From assembly GCA_963809715.1 (NCBI GenBank), contig CAWEKO010000002.1, forward strand, positions 189,665-253,664: DNA of 64,000 bases, given 5' to 3'. Source of the stretch: an uncultured Acidimicrobiaceae bacterium (GTDB lineage: Bacteria; Actinomycetota; Acidimicrobiia; Acidimicrobiales; RAAP-2). A model generated the notes under the pieces. It saw only the letters and a program-made list of their open reading frames with translations, made no database searches and had not been told where the DNA came from. Of the stretch, positions 36,179 to 44,853 are shown piece after piece. The position numbers and the translations under genes were made by a program. The stretch's first letter is position 1, and each line of letters opens with the position of its first letter.

Positions 36179-37828
36179 ATGGCAATGCTGCGCGGCACAA
36201 CTCGATCTTCACACCGTGGACGCGGGGTCCGGTGGGGTGCGACCCTGACCGGTGCGGTCGCACTGGTTTTTCCGCTCTTGGTCCTGCAGGGGTCGTCTCC
36301 GGCCGGGGCTGGGTCCGCCGGCGACACCACCGCCGAGTACATCGTCTCGTCGTCGTCGGGGATGTTGTCCTCGGACTCGCTCTCATCGGTGACGAGTGCC
36401 GTGGCCGGTGTCGACCCGACGGTCAACTCCGATCTTTCGCCCGTGGACGCCGCCACGGCCCAACTCGACCCGTCTCAGGTGACGTCGGTCGCCGCCGTGC
36501 CCGACGTGGTCGTCACCCCGAACGTTCCGGTGAAGGTCCAGGACACCGTCGGCGATCCGGGACGGGCGCCGGCGGCGGTCTTCCCCCAGCAGACCGGGGC
36601 GTCGCAGATCTGGGCCCAGGGCGACACCGGGCAGGGCGTCAACGTGGCCGTGCTCGACACGGGCATCTCGCCGTTGCCGGACTTCGCCGGGCGCATGGTC
36701 GACGGCGTCGACCTGACCGGCCACTCCAACCCCTGGAAGGATCAATACGGTCACGGCACGTTCGTGGCGGGCCTCATCGCCGGTGACGGGGCGTCCTCGA
36801 ACGGTCAGTACATGGGAGAAGCCCCCGGAGCCGGCCTCGTCTCGGTCAAAGTGGCGGGGGCGACCGGGAAGACCAACCTCCTCTCGGTGATCGAGGGTGT
36901 CGGGTGGACCATCGCCCATGCGGCGAAGGACAACATCGGGGTCCTCAACATGTCGTTGGGCTACCTCCCGCTCACCTCGACCGTCCTCGATCCGCTCGAC
37001 CAGGCGGTCGAGAAGGCCTGGGAGGCCGGCATCACGGTCGTGGTGTCCGCCGGCAACTCGGGCCCGGGCAACGGGACGATCCTCGCCCCGGGTGACGACC
37101 CCTTGGTCATCACCGCGGGGGCCGTCGACGACGGGGGGCAGGCGACCTCGGCCGACGACACCATGACGACCTTCAGCAGCGCCGGCCCGACCAACCCCGA
37201 CGGCTGGTTCAAGCCCGACCTGGTGACGTCGGGCCGATCGGTCGTGAGCCTGCGCGACCCGGGTTCCACCATCGACGTGCAGAACCCGTCCGCCAGCGTC
37301 GGCAGTGCGAACTTCGTCGGCTCGGGCACCTCCTTCAGCTCGGCCATCACGGCCGGCGCCGCCGCCCTGCTGCTCTCGGCCGACCCCGGCTACGACCCCG
37401 ACACCGTGAAGGGCACGCTGCTCGGCACGACCGATCCGGGCCCGGTAGGCAACCCGTTCGTGGACGGGCACGGCGACCTCGACGTGGCCAGCGCGGTCGC
37501 GTCCCCGGCCATGACCTTGTCCCAGTCGCCGCCGACCCAGGCCACCGCCATGGGCGGCGACGTCTCGCTCGCCGTGAGCGGGGAGTCCTCATCGTGGAAC
37601 CCGGCCAACTGGACCGGGTCGGCCTGGAACGGTTCGGCCTGGAACGGGTCCGCCTGGAACGGATCGGCCTGGAACGGATCCGCCTGGAACGGATCGGCCT
37701 GGAACGGATCGGCCTGGAACGGGTCGACCTGGAGCGGGTCGGCCTGGAACGGTTCCGCCTGGAACGGGTCCGCCTGGAACGGGTCCGCCTGGAACGGGTC
37801 GGCCTGGAACGGGTCCGCCTGGAACTGA
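36179..37828 (+). CDS. secreted S8 (subtilisin-like) serine peptidase with C-terminal (GSAWN)14 tail
   Basis: Signal peptide after ATG 36179 (GGGGGAGGGG RBS). Catalytic triad contexts VAVLDTGI, HGTFVAG and GTSFSSAITAG. Confidence 0.9.
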   Translation: MAMLRGTTRSSHRGRGVRWGATLTGAVALVFPLLVLQGSSPAGAGSAGDTTAEYIVSSSSGMLSSDSLSSVTSAVAGVDPTVNSDLSPVDAATAQLDPSQVTSVAAVPDVVVTPNVPVKVQDTVGDPGRAPAAVFPQQTGASQIWAQGDTGQGVNVAVLDTGISPLPDFAGRMVDGVDLTGHSNPWKDQYGHGTFVAGLIAGDGASSNGQYMGEAPGAGLVSVKVAGATGKTNLLSVIEGVGWTIAHAAKDNIGVLNMSLGYLPLTSTVLDPLDQAVEKAWEAGITVVVSAGNSGPGNGTILAPGDDPLVITAGAVDDGGQATSADDTMTTFSSAGPTNPDGWFKPDLVTSGRSVVSLRDPGSTIDVQNPSASVGSANFVGSGTSFSSAITAGAAALLLSADPGYDPDTVKGTLLGTTDPGPVGNPFVDGHGDLDVASAVASPAMTLSQSPPTQATAMGGDVSLAVSGESSSWNPANWTGSAWNGSAWNGSAWNGSAWNGSAWNGSAWNGSAWNGSTWSGSAWNGSAWNGSAWNGSAWNGSAWNGSAWN

Positions 37829-37840
37829 TCGGTCTGGAAC
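37616..37840 (+). repeat. 15-bp tandem repeat, 15 units (14 coding plus 1 after the stop)
   Basis: Units GG(N)TC(N)GCCTGGAAC encode GSAWN, with one GSTWS variant. Units differ mainly at synonymous positions. TGA at 37826 replaces a GGA Gly codon, and the next unit, TGA TCG GTC TGG AAC, still follows the periodicity. Confidence 0.95.
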
Positions 37841-37952
37841 GGATCGCGCAGGCCTCGATCAGGACACCCGCCGACAGGATTCGCACGATCGCCACGGAGA
37901 CGGCAGGCACCATGGACACCGAAGTCTCTTGAAACTTCCGAAGACATCGCGG

Positions 37953-40678
37953 ATGGTCATCGCGGCCTGGGCCGTGGCCGGGCTGGTCGCGTTCGGCATC
38001 GGGCTGGACCGGACCCTGGCCGGCGGTTGGCCCGGGTCCACGGCGATCTGGTTCAGTGCGGTCTTCGGCGTGCTCATGGCAGTCAGCTGGATCTGGCCCA
38101 TCACGCTCTACATCGGCGGCGAGTCGGACGCCATCGACTTCGACGAGGGGTTCCTCGTCCTGTTCCTCCTCCTCGTCCCGGCGTCCATGTCCGTGCTGGT
38201 GTTCGCGGCGGTGACCGTCGCGGCCCAGGCCATCAAGCGACGGCCCTTTGCCAAGTCGATCTTCAACGTGGGCCAGGTCGTGACCTCGGCCGGCGTGGGT
38301 GCCGTGGCCTTCGTGCTCCTCCAAGGATCCACCGACACGGTCGGCTACGCCAAGGTCGGTGCGGCCATCGTCGGCGCGCTCTGCTACTTCGTCGTGAACA
38401 CCGGGTCCATGGTGACGATCATGGTCACGCTGGGGACACCGTGGCGCAAGGTGGTGTTCGCCGGCATCGAGGGCAAACTCCTCATCGCCGCGGGCGGCAT
38501 CTGTATCGCCATCCCGGCCGGATTGCTGCTGGCCCAGCATCCCCGCTACCTGCTCGTCGCCCTGCTGCCGGCCATCATCTTGCGCTTCGTGGGCGCGGGC
38601 CACTTCTACGCCCGGCACGACCGGGCCCGCCTGCACGGGCTCTTCGAGGCCACGCTCGATGTCAACCGCAGCATGGGGATCGACGAGACCAAGGCGGCCG
38701 TGCTCAACGCGGCGTCCAGCCTGCTCCGCTCGCCCGACGCCTCGCTGGGTGTCACCGAGCCCGGCGATGACGAGCTGGCCGCCCCGATGGCCGTGGGGGA
38801 CGAGACCCTGTGGCTCCGCGTGGCCGGGCGCAGCCAGACCGAGCCCTTCGACGACGCCGACCAGACCCTGGTCGAGGCGCTGGCCTCGGTGGGTTCCGTC
38901 GCACTGGCCAACACGAGCCTCTACGCCGAGGTGCAGCAGCAGAAGGACAAGCTCTCGATCATCACGAGCAGCCTCGGCGAGGGCGTGTGCGCCATCAGCG
39001 AGACCGGAGAGATCAGCTTCTTGAACCCGGCCGGTGCCAGCATGCTGGGCTGGTACACCGTCGGCGCCGGTGAGGACGACGGCCCGATTCTGCCGGCCCA
39101 CGAGACGCCGCGCTTCCTCCTCGACCCGGCCATGCGGGCCATCGCGCTGCGGCGCAACGTCACCAGTTACGACACCCGATTCGACCGGCCCGACGGCTCG
39201 CACTTCCCCGTGACGATGACGGCCTCGCCCGTCGTCGGCGGCTCGGCGCCGTCGGGGGCGGTGATCGTGTTCCGCGACACCTCGGAGCGCAAGGCCTTCG
39301 AGGAACAGCTGGCCCGCCACGCCTTCCAGGACGCGCTGACCGGCCTGGCCAACCGGCGCCTCCTGCTCGACCACCTCGACCACGCGCTGCTTGCAGGCGG
39401 ACCGCAACGGCAGCCAGGTGGGGGTGCTGTTCTGCGACATCGACCGCTTCAAGGTGGTGAACGACAACCTGGGCCACCAGGTGGGCGACGAGCTCCTGCG
39501 GGTGATCGGCGAGCGCCTGCGTCGCGCCGTGCGGCCCGGCGACACGCTCTCGCGCTTCGGCGGGGACGAGTTCGTCATCCTGCTCGAGGGCATCATGTCG
39601 CCCGACGACGCCAGCGACGTGGCCAACTCGGTCCTCGGCGCACTGCACGACCCGATCGTGCTCAGCGCCGGCCACGAGGTCGTGACGACGATGAGCATCG
39701 GCATCGCGCTGAGCGAGTACGGCAAGTCGCGCGACGACCTGCTCCACGACGCGGACGTGGCCATGTATCGAGCCAAGGACCGGGGTCGGGGCGGACAGGT
39801 CGCCATGTTCGACGTGGCCCGCATGGGCGGCCGTTCGGCCGGCCGCCTCGATCTGGACACCGCGTTGCACCACGTGGTCGAGCGGGGCGAGGTCGAGATC
39901 CACTACCAGCCGCTGGTCTCGCTCGACGGACCGGCGCATCCTCGGGGCCGAGGCGTTGGTGCGCTGGAACCACCCCGACCACGGGATGCTCCTGCCCTCC
40001 CAGTTCATTCAGCTGGCCGAGGACAACGGCACCATCCTGCCCATCGGACATCTCGTCCTGGAGCAGGCCTGCCGCCAGATGAGGGAATGGTCGCAGCGGT
40101 TCGGGACCCGACTGCAGATCGGGGTCAACCTCTCCGCCCGCCAGTTCCAGCAGGTGAGCTTGGCCGACGACATCGCGGAGGTGCTGCGGACCACCGGGAT
40201 CGAGCCTTCACAGCTGTGCCTCGAGATCACCGAGAGTCTGGCCATGGACGACGTCGAGCTCACGACCAGCATTCTGAGCCGGCTGCACACCGTCGGGGTC
40301 CGCCTGGCCATCGACGACTTCGGCACGGGCCACTCCTCGCTCGGCTACCTGGCCCGGTTCCCGATCGACGTCGTCAAGATCGACCAGAGCTTCGTACGCG
40401 ACATCGACAAGGACCCGGTGAAGTCGGCCATCGTCTCCGCCGTGGTGGCGCTGTCCCAGGCCATCGACTCGACCACGGTGGTCGAAGGGGTGGAGACGGC
40501 GGCCCAACTCGAGGAGCTGCGGAAACTGGGATGCGACGTGGCCCAGGGCTTCTACTTCGCACGCCCGGTGTCGGCCGCCGCGTTCGAGCGGCTGCTGACG
40601 GCGAGTGCGAGCCCGAGCACCACGGCGGGCCCACCCGACCTGCGCGTCGTCCGGGGCGGGGAGGCCGCCGCCGGGTAG
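37953..40678 (+). pseudogene. membrane sensor / GAF-like / PAS / GGDEF / EAL c-di-GMP protein split by two +1 frameshifts
   Basis: Three consecutive frames carry the parts. The first has TM, PAS and ...AFQDALTGLANRRLLLDHLDHALL. The second has QADRNGSQVGVLFCDIDRFKVVND...RFGGDEFVIL...EIHYQPLVSLDG. The third has RRILGAEALVRWNHP...EITESL...DDFGTGHSSLGYL...KIDQSF...VEGVET. Shifts lie near 39388 and 39927. Confidence 0.8.
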
Positions 40679-40724
40679 GCGGCCAGGCGGATCGCCTCAC
40701 CACCCCGCACTACGCTTTGGCGCG

Positions 40725-41171
40725 ATGGTGGACGGCAGCGCAACGACCCGAACGGACTTCGGCACGGCCGCCGGCGACCGTCCGCTGCGCGTCCTCATGG
40801 CCAAGGTCGGTCTGGACGGACACGACCGCGGGCTGCGCGTCGTGGCCCGCATCCTGCGCGACGCCGGTTGCGAGGTGGTCTATGCCGGCCTGCGCCAGTC
40901 ACCCGAGAGCATCGCGGCCATGACGGTGCAAGAGGACGTCGACGTGGTGGGCGTGTCGATGCACAACGGGGCCCACCTCACGCTGGCGCCCGCCGTCGTC
41001 GGAGCCCTGCGCCAGGCCGGGCTGGAGACGCCGGTGGTGGTCGGCGGGATCGTGCCGCCGGGCGACGTGGCGGTCCTGCTCGCCGACGGGGTCGCGGCGG
41101 TGCTCGGGCCGGGCGCCTCGAACGAAGAAGTGGTGGCCACCGTACGGGCCGCAGCGTTCCCCGCGAACTAG
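40725..41171 (+). CDS. stand-alone cobalamin (B12)-binding domain protein (methylmalonyl-CoA mutase C-terminal domain-like)
   Basis: RVLMAKVGLDGHDRGLRVVARILRDAGCEVVYAGL (DxHxxG motif) and VDVVGVSMHNGAH. Confidence 0.85.
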   Translation: MVDGSATTRTDFGTAAGDRPLRVLMAKVGLDGHDRGLRVVARILRDAGCEVVYAGLRQSPESIAAMTVQEDVDVVGVSMHNGAHLTLAPAVVGALRQAGLETPVVVGGIVPPGDVAVLLADGVAAVLGPGASNEEVVATVRAAAFPAN

Positions 41172-42955
41172 CCGGCGGTCGTCTGGAGCAGCGCCTGCTG
41201 GAGGAGTGGCACGACCTCGTGCCAGTCGGCCACGATGCCCACGTCGCAGTGCTCGAAGACCGGTGCGCCGGGGTCATGGTTCACGGCGAGGATGGTGCCC
41301 GCACTGCGCACGCCGACCACGTGGTTGAACTTCCCGCTCAGGCCGATGGCCACGTAGAGGCGCGGCGCAATGGAGCGGCCCGTGATGCCGACCTGGCGGG
41401 CCCGGGGCGCCCAGCCCTTGTCGGTCACCTTGCGGGTGGCGGCGAGTTCGGCTCCGAGCACCGCAGCCAGGGGTGCGAGCTGCTCGTACTCGTCGGGGGC
41501 CACGCCGACGCCCACGCCGATGACCACGTCGGCCCGCGCCAAGGTCTCGACGTCGTCGTTGCGGCGTTCCTCGAGGAGCCGGACCTGGTCGAGGGAGGGC
41601 ACCGGGCGGGTGGTGGTCGTGGCGGCCGTGCCGCTCGCCGGTGCCGCCAAGGGGAGAACGCCCGGACGGATGGTGACCATCGAGGTGGTGCTGCGGCAGG
41701 TGATATCGGCGACGAGCGCGCCGGCGAAGGCCGGCTTGGCTGCCACGAGCGTGCCGTCGCCCGAGCTCGACAGGGCGACCGCGTCGCCCACCAGACCCGA
41801 ACCGGTGGCCGCGGCCGCCCGGGCCGCCACCTCCCGGCCGAACGAGGTGCTCGGGGCGAGGAGGGCCCAGGGCCGCCGTTCGAGGACGTACTCGGTCACG
41901 GCCCGGGCCACGTCGCCCGGCAGCTCCGAACCGACCAGCGTGCAGAGGGTGTCGACGCCGGCTGCGGCGCGTCCGCCGTCCTCCGAGGCGGCTGCGCCCG
42001 GCGCGAGGGCCTCGACCGTGCCGCCGACGAGCTCGGCCAGCCCCACCGCCGCGCCGACCAGCTCGGCGCCCACCTGGGGCCGGCCCGGTTCGAGCAGGAC
42101 GGCCAGCACCCGCTCGCCGGGGGCGCGCACGGCGCGAATTCGCTCGGTCGGGGCGGCGCCCCCTGCCGAGACCGTGAGCGCCCCGCGCTCGGCCAGCGTC
42201 CGGACGGCCACCTGGACCTGCTCGCCCACCGGACCGTCGAGCACCCGCAGCATGCGGTTGTGCTCCATCGGGTGGGTGGGGCCGACCACGGTCGGGCTTC
42301 CGGGCTCGCCCCAGGGGCCCGCGCCCAGCTCGGCGGGACCGACGCGGGTGATCCGATCGGCGGGCACCGCAGCCCGACCCTCGGGGTTCACCTTGCACGG
42401 GTCGCACAGCCGCTCGGCCACCGACAGGACGGCGGGCAGCTGCACCTCGACGTCCGACACGCCGTCGTCCAACTCGAGCTCGCAGCGGAGCCACTCACCG
42501 CGGTCTTCGAGTCGCTTGACCCCGCCGGCGAAGGGCAAGCCGAGGAGCTCGGCCAGTTCCGGCCCGACCTGGCCGGTCTCGCCATCGAGCGAGTTGCGAC
42601 CCACGAGCACGAGGTCGTAGGGGCCGCTGCCTTCGAGCGCGGCGGCGAGGGCCCGGGCCGTGGCCAGCGTGTCGGAGCCGGCGAAGGCCTCGTCGCAGAC
42701 GTGGAGCCCTCCGTCGGCGCCCCAGGCCACCGCCTCGCGCAACACGTCCTCGGCGCTGGGCGGACCGAGCGTCAGCGCCGTGCAGGTCCCACCCGTCTCG
42801 CGGGCCAGCGTGACCCCGTGGGCCACGGCCCGGCGGCAGTAGGCGTTCATCTCGAGGTCGAGACCGTCACGCACCAAGCGGCCGTCCTCGAGACGCATCG
42901 ACTCGGCCAGGGGGATCTGCTTGGCCAGCGAGGCAATACGCAACGGGCCGCCCAC
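41168..42955 (-). CDS. fused electron transfer flavoprotein beta-alpha (EtfB-EtfA) polypeptide
   Basis: N-terminal half: RIASLAKQIPL...DLVLVGRNSLDGETGQVGPELAELLGLP (EtfB). C-terminal half: ELAATRKVTDKGWAPRARQVGITGRSIAPRLYVAIGLSGKFNHVVG...ILAVNHDPGAPVF (EtfA FAD site). Start is GTG 42955 or TTG 42943. Confidence 0.85.
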   Translation of the reverse strand: MGGPLRIASLAKQIPLAESMRLEDGRLVRDGLDLEMNAYCRRAVAHGVTLARETGGTCTALTLGPPSAEDVLREAVAWGADGGLHVCDEAFAGSDTLATARALAAALEGSGPYDLVLVGRNSLDGETGQVGPELAELLGLPFAGGVKRLEDRGEWLRCELELDDGVSDVEVQLPAVLSVAERLCDPCKVNPEGRAAVPADRITRVGPAELGAGPWGEPGSPTVVGPTHPMEHNRMLRVLDGPVGEQVQVAVRTLAERGALTVSAGGAAPTERIRAVRAPGERVLAVLLEPGRPQVGAELVGAAVGLAELVGGTVEALAPGAAASEDGGRAAAGVDTLCTLVGSELPGDVARAVTEYVLERRPWALLAPSTSFGREVAARAAAATGSGLVGDAVALSSSGDGTLVAAKPAFAGALVADITCRSTTSMVTIRPGVLPLAAPASGTAATTTTRPVPSLDQVRLLEERRNDDVETLARADVVIGVGVGVAPDEYEQLAPLAAVLGAELAATRKVTDKGWAPRARQVGITGRSIAPRLYVAIGLSGKFNHVVGVRSAGTILAVNHDPGAPVFEHCDVGIVADWHEVVPLLQQALLQTTAG

Positions 42956-42972
42956 CGCCCGGTCCACCCCGT

Positions 42973-44733
42973 TCACGCCCCGGGGGCGCCGGTCCGGGTC
43001 AGCACCCGCTCGTCCACGGGCTCGTCGATGGCCGGCGTGTAGACGTAACGCTTGCCCCGGGTCCACGACGCGGCGGCCGCGGCCAGGCTCATCACGATGG
43101 CGAAGTCGAAGGCGGCATGGAGACCCTTGGTGAAGGGGCCGGCGATGAGGCCCGGGAAGAAGCCGCGCTGGGCCAGCGCCGCCTGCTGGGTCGCGGTCAG
43201 GTGCGCGATGGTCTGCGCCCCGACCAGGTGCTGGACCGGGTTGTAGCCCAAGAAGGCCGCGAACAGCGTCGAGATCGGCGGCAGGTGCGACGCCTGGTCC
43301 GCCACGGGACCGGGCACGCCGTGGGCCAGCAGTCCGGCGGAGACGTTGTGGGGGAGCGCGTCGGACAGGCCGACGATCATCAGCGAGAAGAAGATGCCGA
43401 TGGAGATCACCTGGGCCGAGTTCTGGAACGTGGTGTTCATGCCCGACCCGGCACCACGGTGCTCAGGCGGCAATGAGTTCATGACCCCGGTGCGGTTGGG
43501 CGCACCGAACGACGCCATGGTGAAACCGGTGAAGAAGAGGATGACGGCGAAGACCGGGTAGGAGAAGTTGATGGGGAGGGCCTCGAGCAGGACGAAGCAG
43601 ATGGCCGTGCCGATCATGCCGCCGGTGGCGAACGGGCGCGGTCCGTAGCGGTCCGAGAGCACACCCGATATCGGCCCGGCGATGAACATGCCCACGGTGA
43701 GCGGGATCATGGCGATGCCGGCCCACAGCGGCGTGGAGGAGAACGAGTACCCGTGCAGGGGCAGCCAGATCCCCTGGAGCCAGATGATCAGCATGAACAT
43801 CAGGCCACCGCGGCTGATGGCGGCCAGGAAGCTGGCGAAGATGCCGGCGGTGAAGGCGCGGATCTTGAAGAGGCGCAGCGTGAACATCGGCTCGCGCACC
43901 CGGACCTCGATGATGCAGAAGATGACGAGGAGGACGACGCCCAGCGTCAGGGTGAAGATGACGCGCGGGCTGGTCCAGCCCATGGCGTGCCCGCCGTAGG
44001 GCTCGATGCCGTAGGTGATGCCCACCATGATGCTGACCAACCCGAGGGCGAAGGTGGCGTTGCCCCACCAGTCGATGTGCGCCGAGCGGCGCTGGCCCAG
44101 CTCGCGCAGCTGCAGGTAGCCCCAGATGGTGGCGAAGAGGCCGATGGGCACGGAGACCAAGAAGATGAGGCGCCAGTTGATCGGGGCCAAGATGCCCCCC
44201 AGGATCAGCCCGAGGAAGGATCCGCTGAAGGCGGCCGCCTGGTTGACGCCGAGGGCCATGCCCCGCTGGTTCTCGGGGAAGGCGTCGGTGAGGATGGCGG
44301 CCGAGTTGGCCATGAGCATGGCCGCACCCACGCCCTGGAAGATGCGCATGATGATCAGGTACATCCCGGCGGCGTCGCCGGTCAGCCAGCACACGCTGAG
44401 GGCGAGCGAGAAGAAGGTGAAGACGGCGAAGCCCAGGTTGTACATGCGGACCCGTCCGTACATGTCGCCCAGGCGGCCCAGCGTCACCACGAGCACGCTG
44501 GTGGTGACGAGGAAGCCCAGGATCATCCAGAGCAGGTAGAAGCTTTGGCCCGCTTGCAGCGGGTCGATGCCGATGCCCCTGAAGATGTCGGGTAGCGAGA
44601 TCAGGACGATGGACCCGTCGATCGTGGCCATGAGCATGCCCAGGGTGGAGATGAACAGGGCCACCCACTTGTAGTTGTCGGGCAGCGGTCCGGTCGGGTC
44701 GGGGCGGCGGAACCAGCCCGGATGCGCCGTCAC
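42973..44733 (-). CDS. MFS transporter, 14-TM DHA2 (EmrB/QacA)-like
   Basis: KWVALFISTLGMLMATIDGSIVLISLP, LGRLGDMYGRVRMY and multiple TM helices. Confidence 0.88.
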   Translation of the reverse strand: MTAHPGWFRRPDPTGPLPDNYKWVALFISTLGMLMATIDGSIVLISLPDIFRGIGIDPLQAGQSFYLLWMILGFLVTTSVLVVTLGRLGDMYGRVRMYNLGFAVFTFFSLALSVCWLTGDAAGMYLIIMRIFQGVGAAMLMANSAAILTDAFPENQRGMALGVNQAAAFSGSFLGLILGGILAPINWRLIFLVSVPIGLFATIWGYLQLRELGQRRSAHIDWWGNATFALGLVSIMVGITYGIEPYGGHAMGWTSPRVIFTLTLGVVLLVIFCIIEVRVREPMFTLRLFKIRAFTAGIFASFLAAISRGGLMFMLIIWLQGIWLPLHGYSFSSTPLWAGIAMIPLTVGMFIAGPISGVLSDRYGPRPFATGGMIGTAICFVLLEALPINFSYPVFAVILFFTGFTMASFGAPNRTGVMNSLPPEHRGAGSGMNTTFQNSAQVISIGIFFSLMIVGLSDALPHNVSAGLLAHGVPGPVADQASHLPPISTLFAAFLGYNPVQHLVGAQTIAHLTATQQAALAQRGFFPGLIAGPFTKGLHAAFDFAIVMSLAAAAASWTRGKRYVYTPAIDEPVDERVLTRTGAPGA

Positions 44734-44853
44734 CGTCGCACCGGCCCGAAGGCCGGGTCGCTCGCGCCGACCGGTGTCGGGACATGCGGCGGCGAGGTGG
44801 CGAGACGTTTGATAACGCCAAACTACTCGCCGCGGGGCCGCCCCGGCTCTCCG

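Noticed and set aside
37616-37840. RiPP precursor reading of the Trp-Asn repeats (darobactin / triceptide-like W-N motifs)
   Set aside because: No radical-SAM or other maturase, transporter or leader-peptide architecture is nearby. The repeats are the tail of a full-length secreted protease.
37347-39860. 837-aa minus-strand ORF with RSRPTRSRR repeats
   Set aside because: It is antisense to the S8 repeat tail and the well-supported GGDEF-EAL gene. The Arg/Pro/Gly/Ser-rich composition is typical of a mirror frame in very high-GC DNA, and the RSRP repeats are simply the reverse complement of the GSAWN repeat.
40868-43042. 724-aa plus-strand ORF, plus the 406-aa minus alternative frame over the ETF gene
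   Set aside because: Arg/Gly/Ala-rich with no motifs. It is overlapped by the fused EtfB-EtfA frame, which carries clear family signatures.
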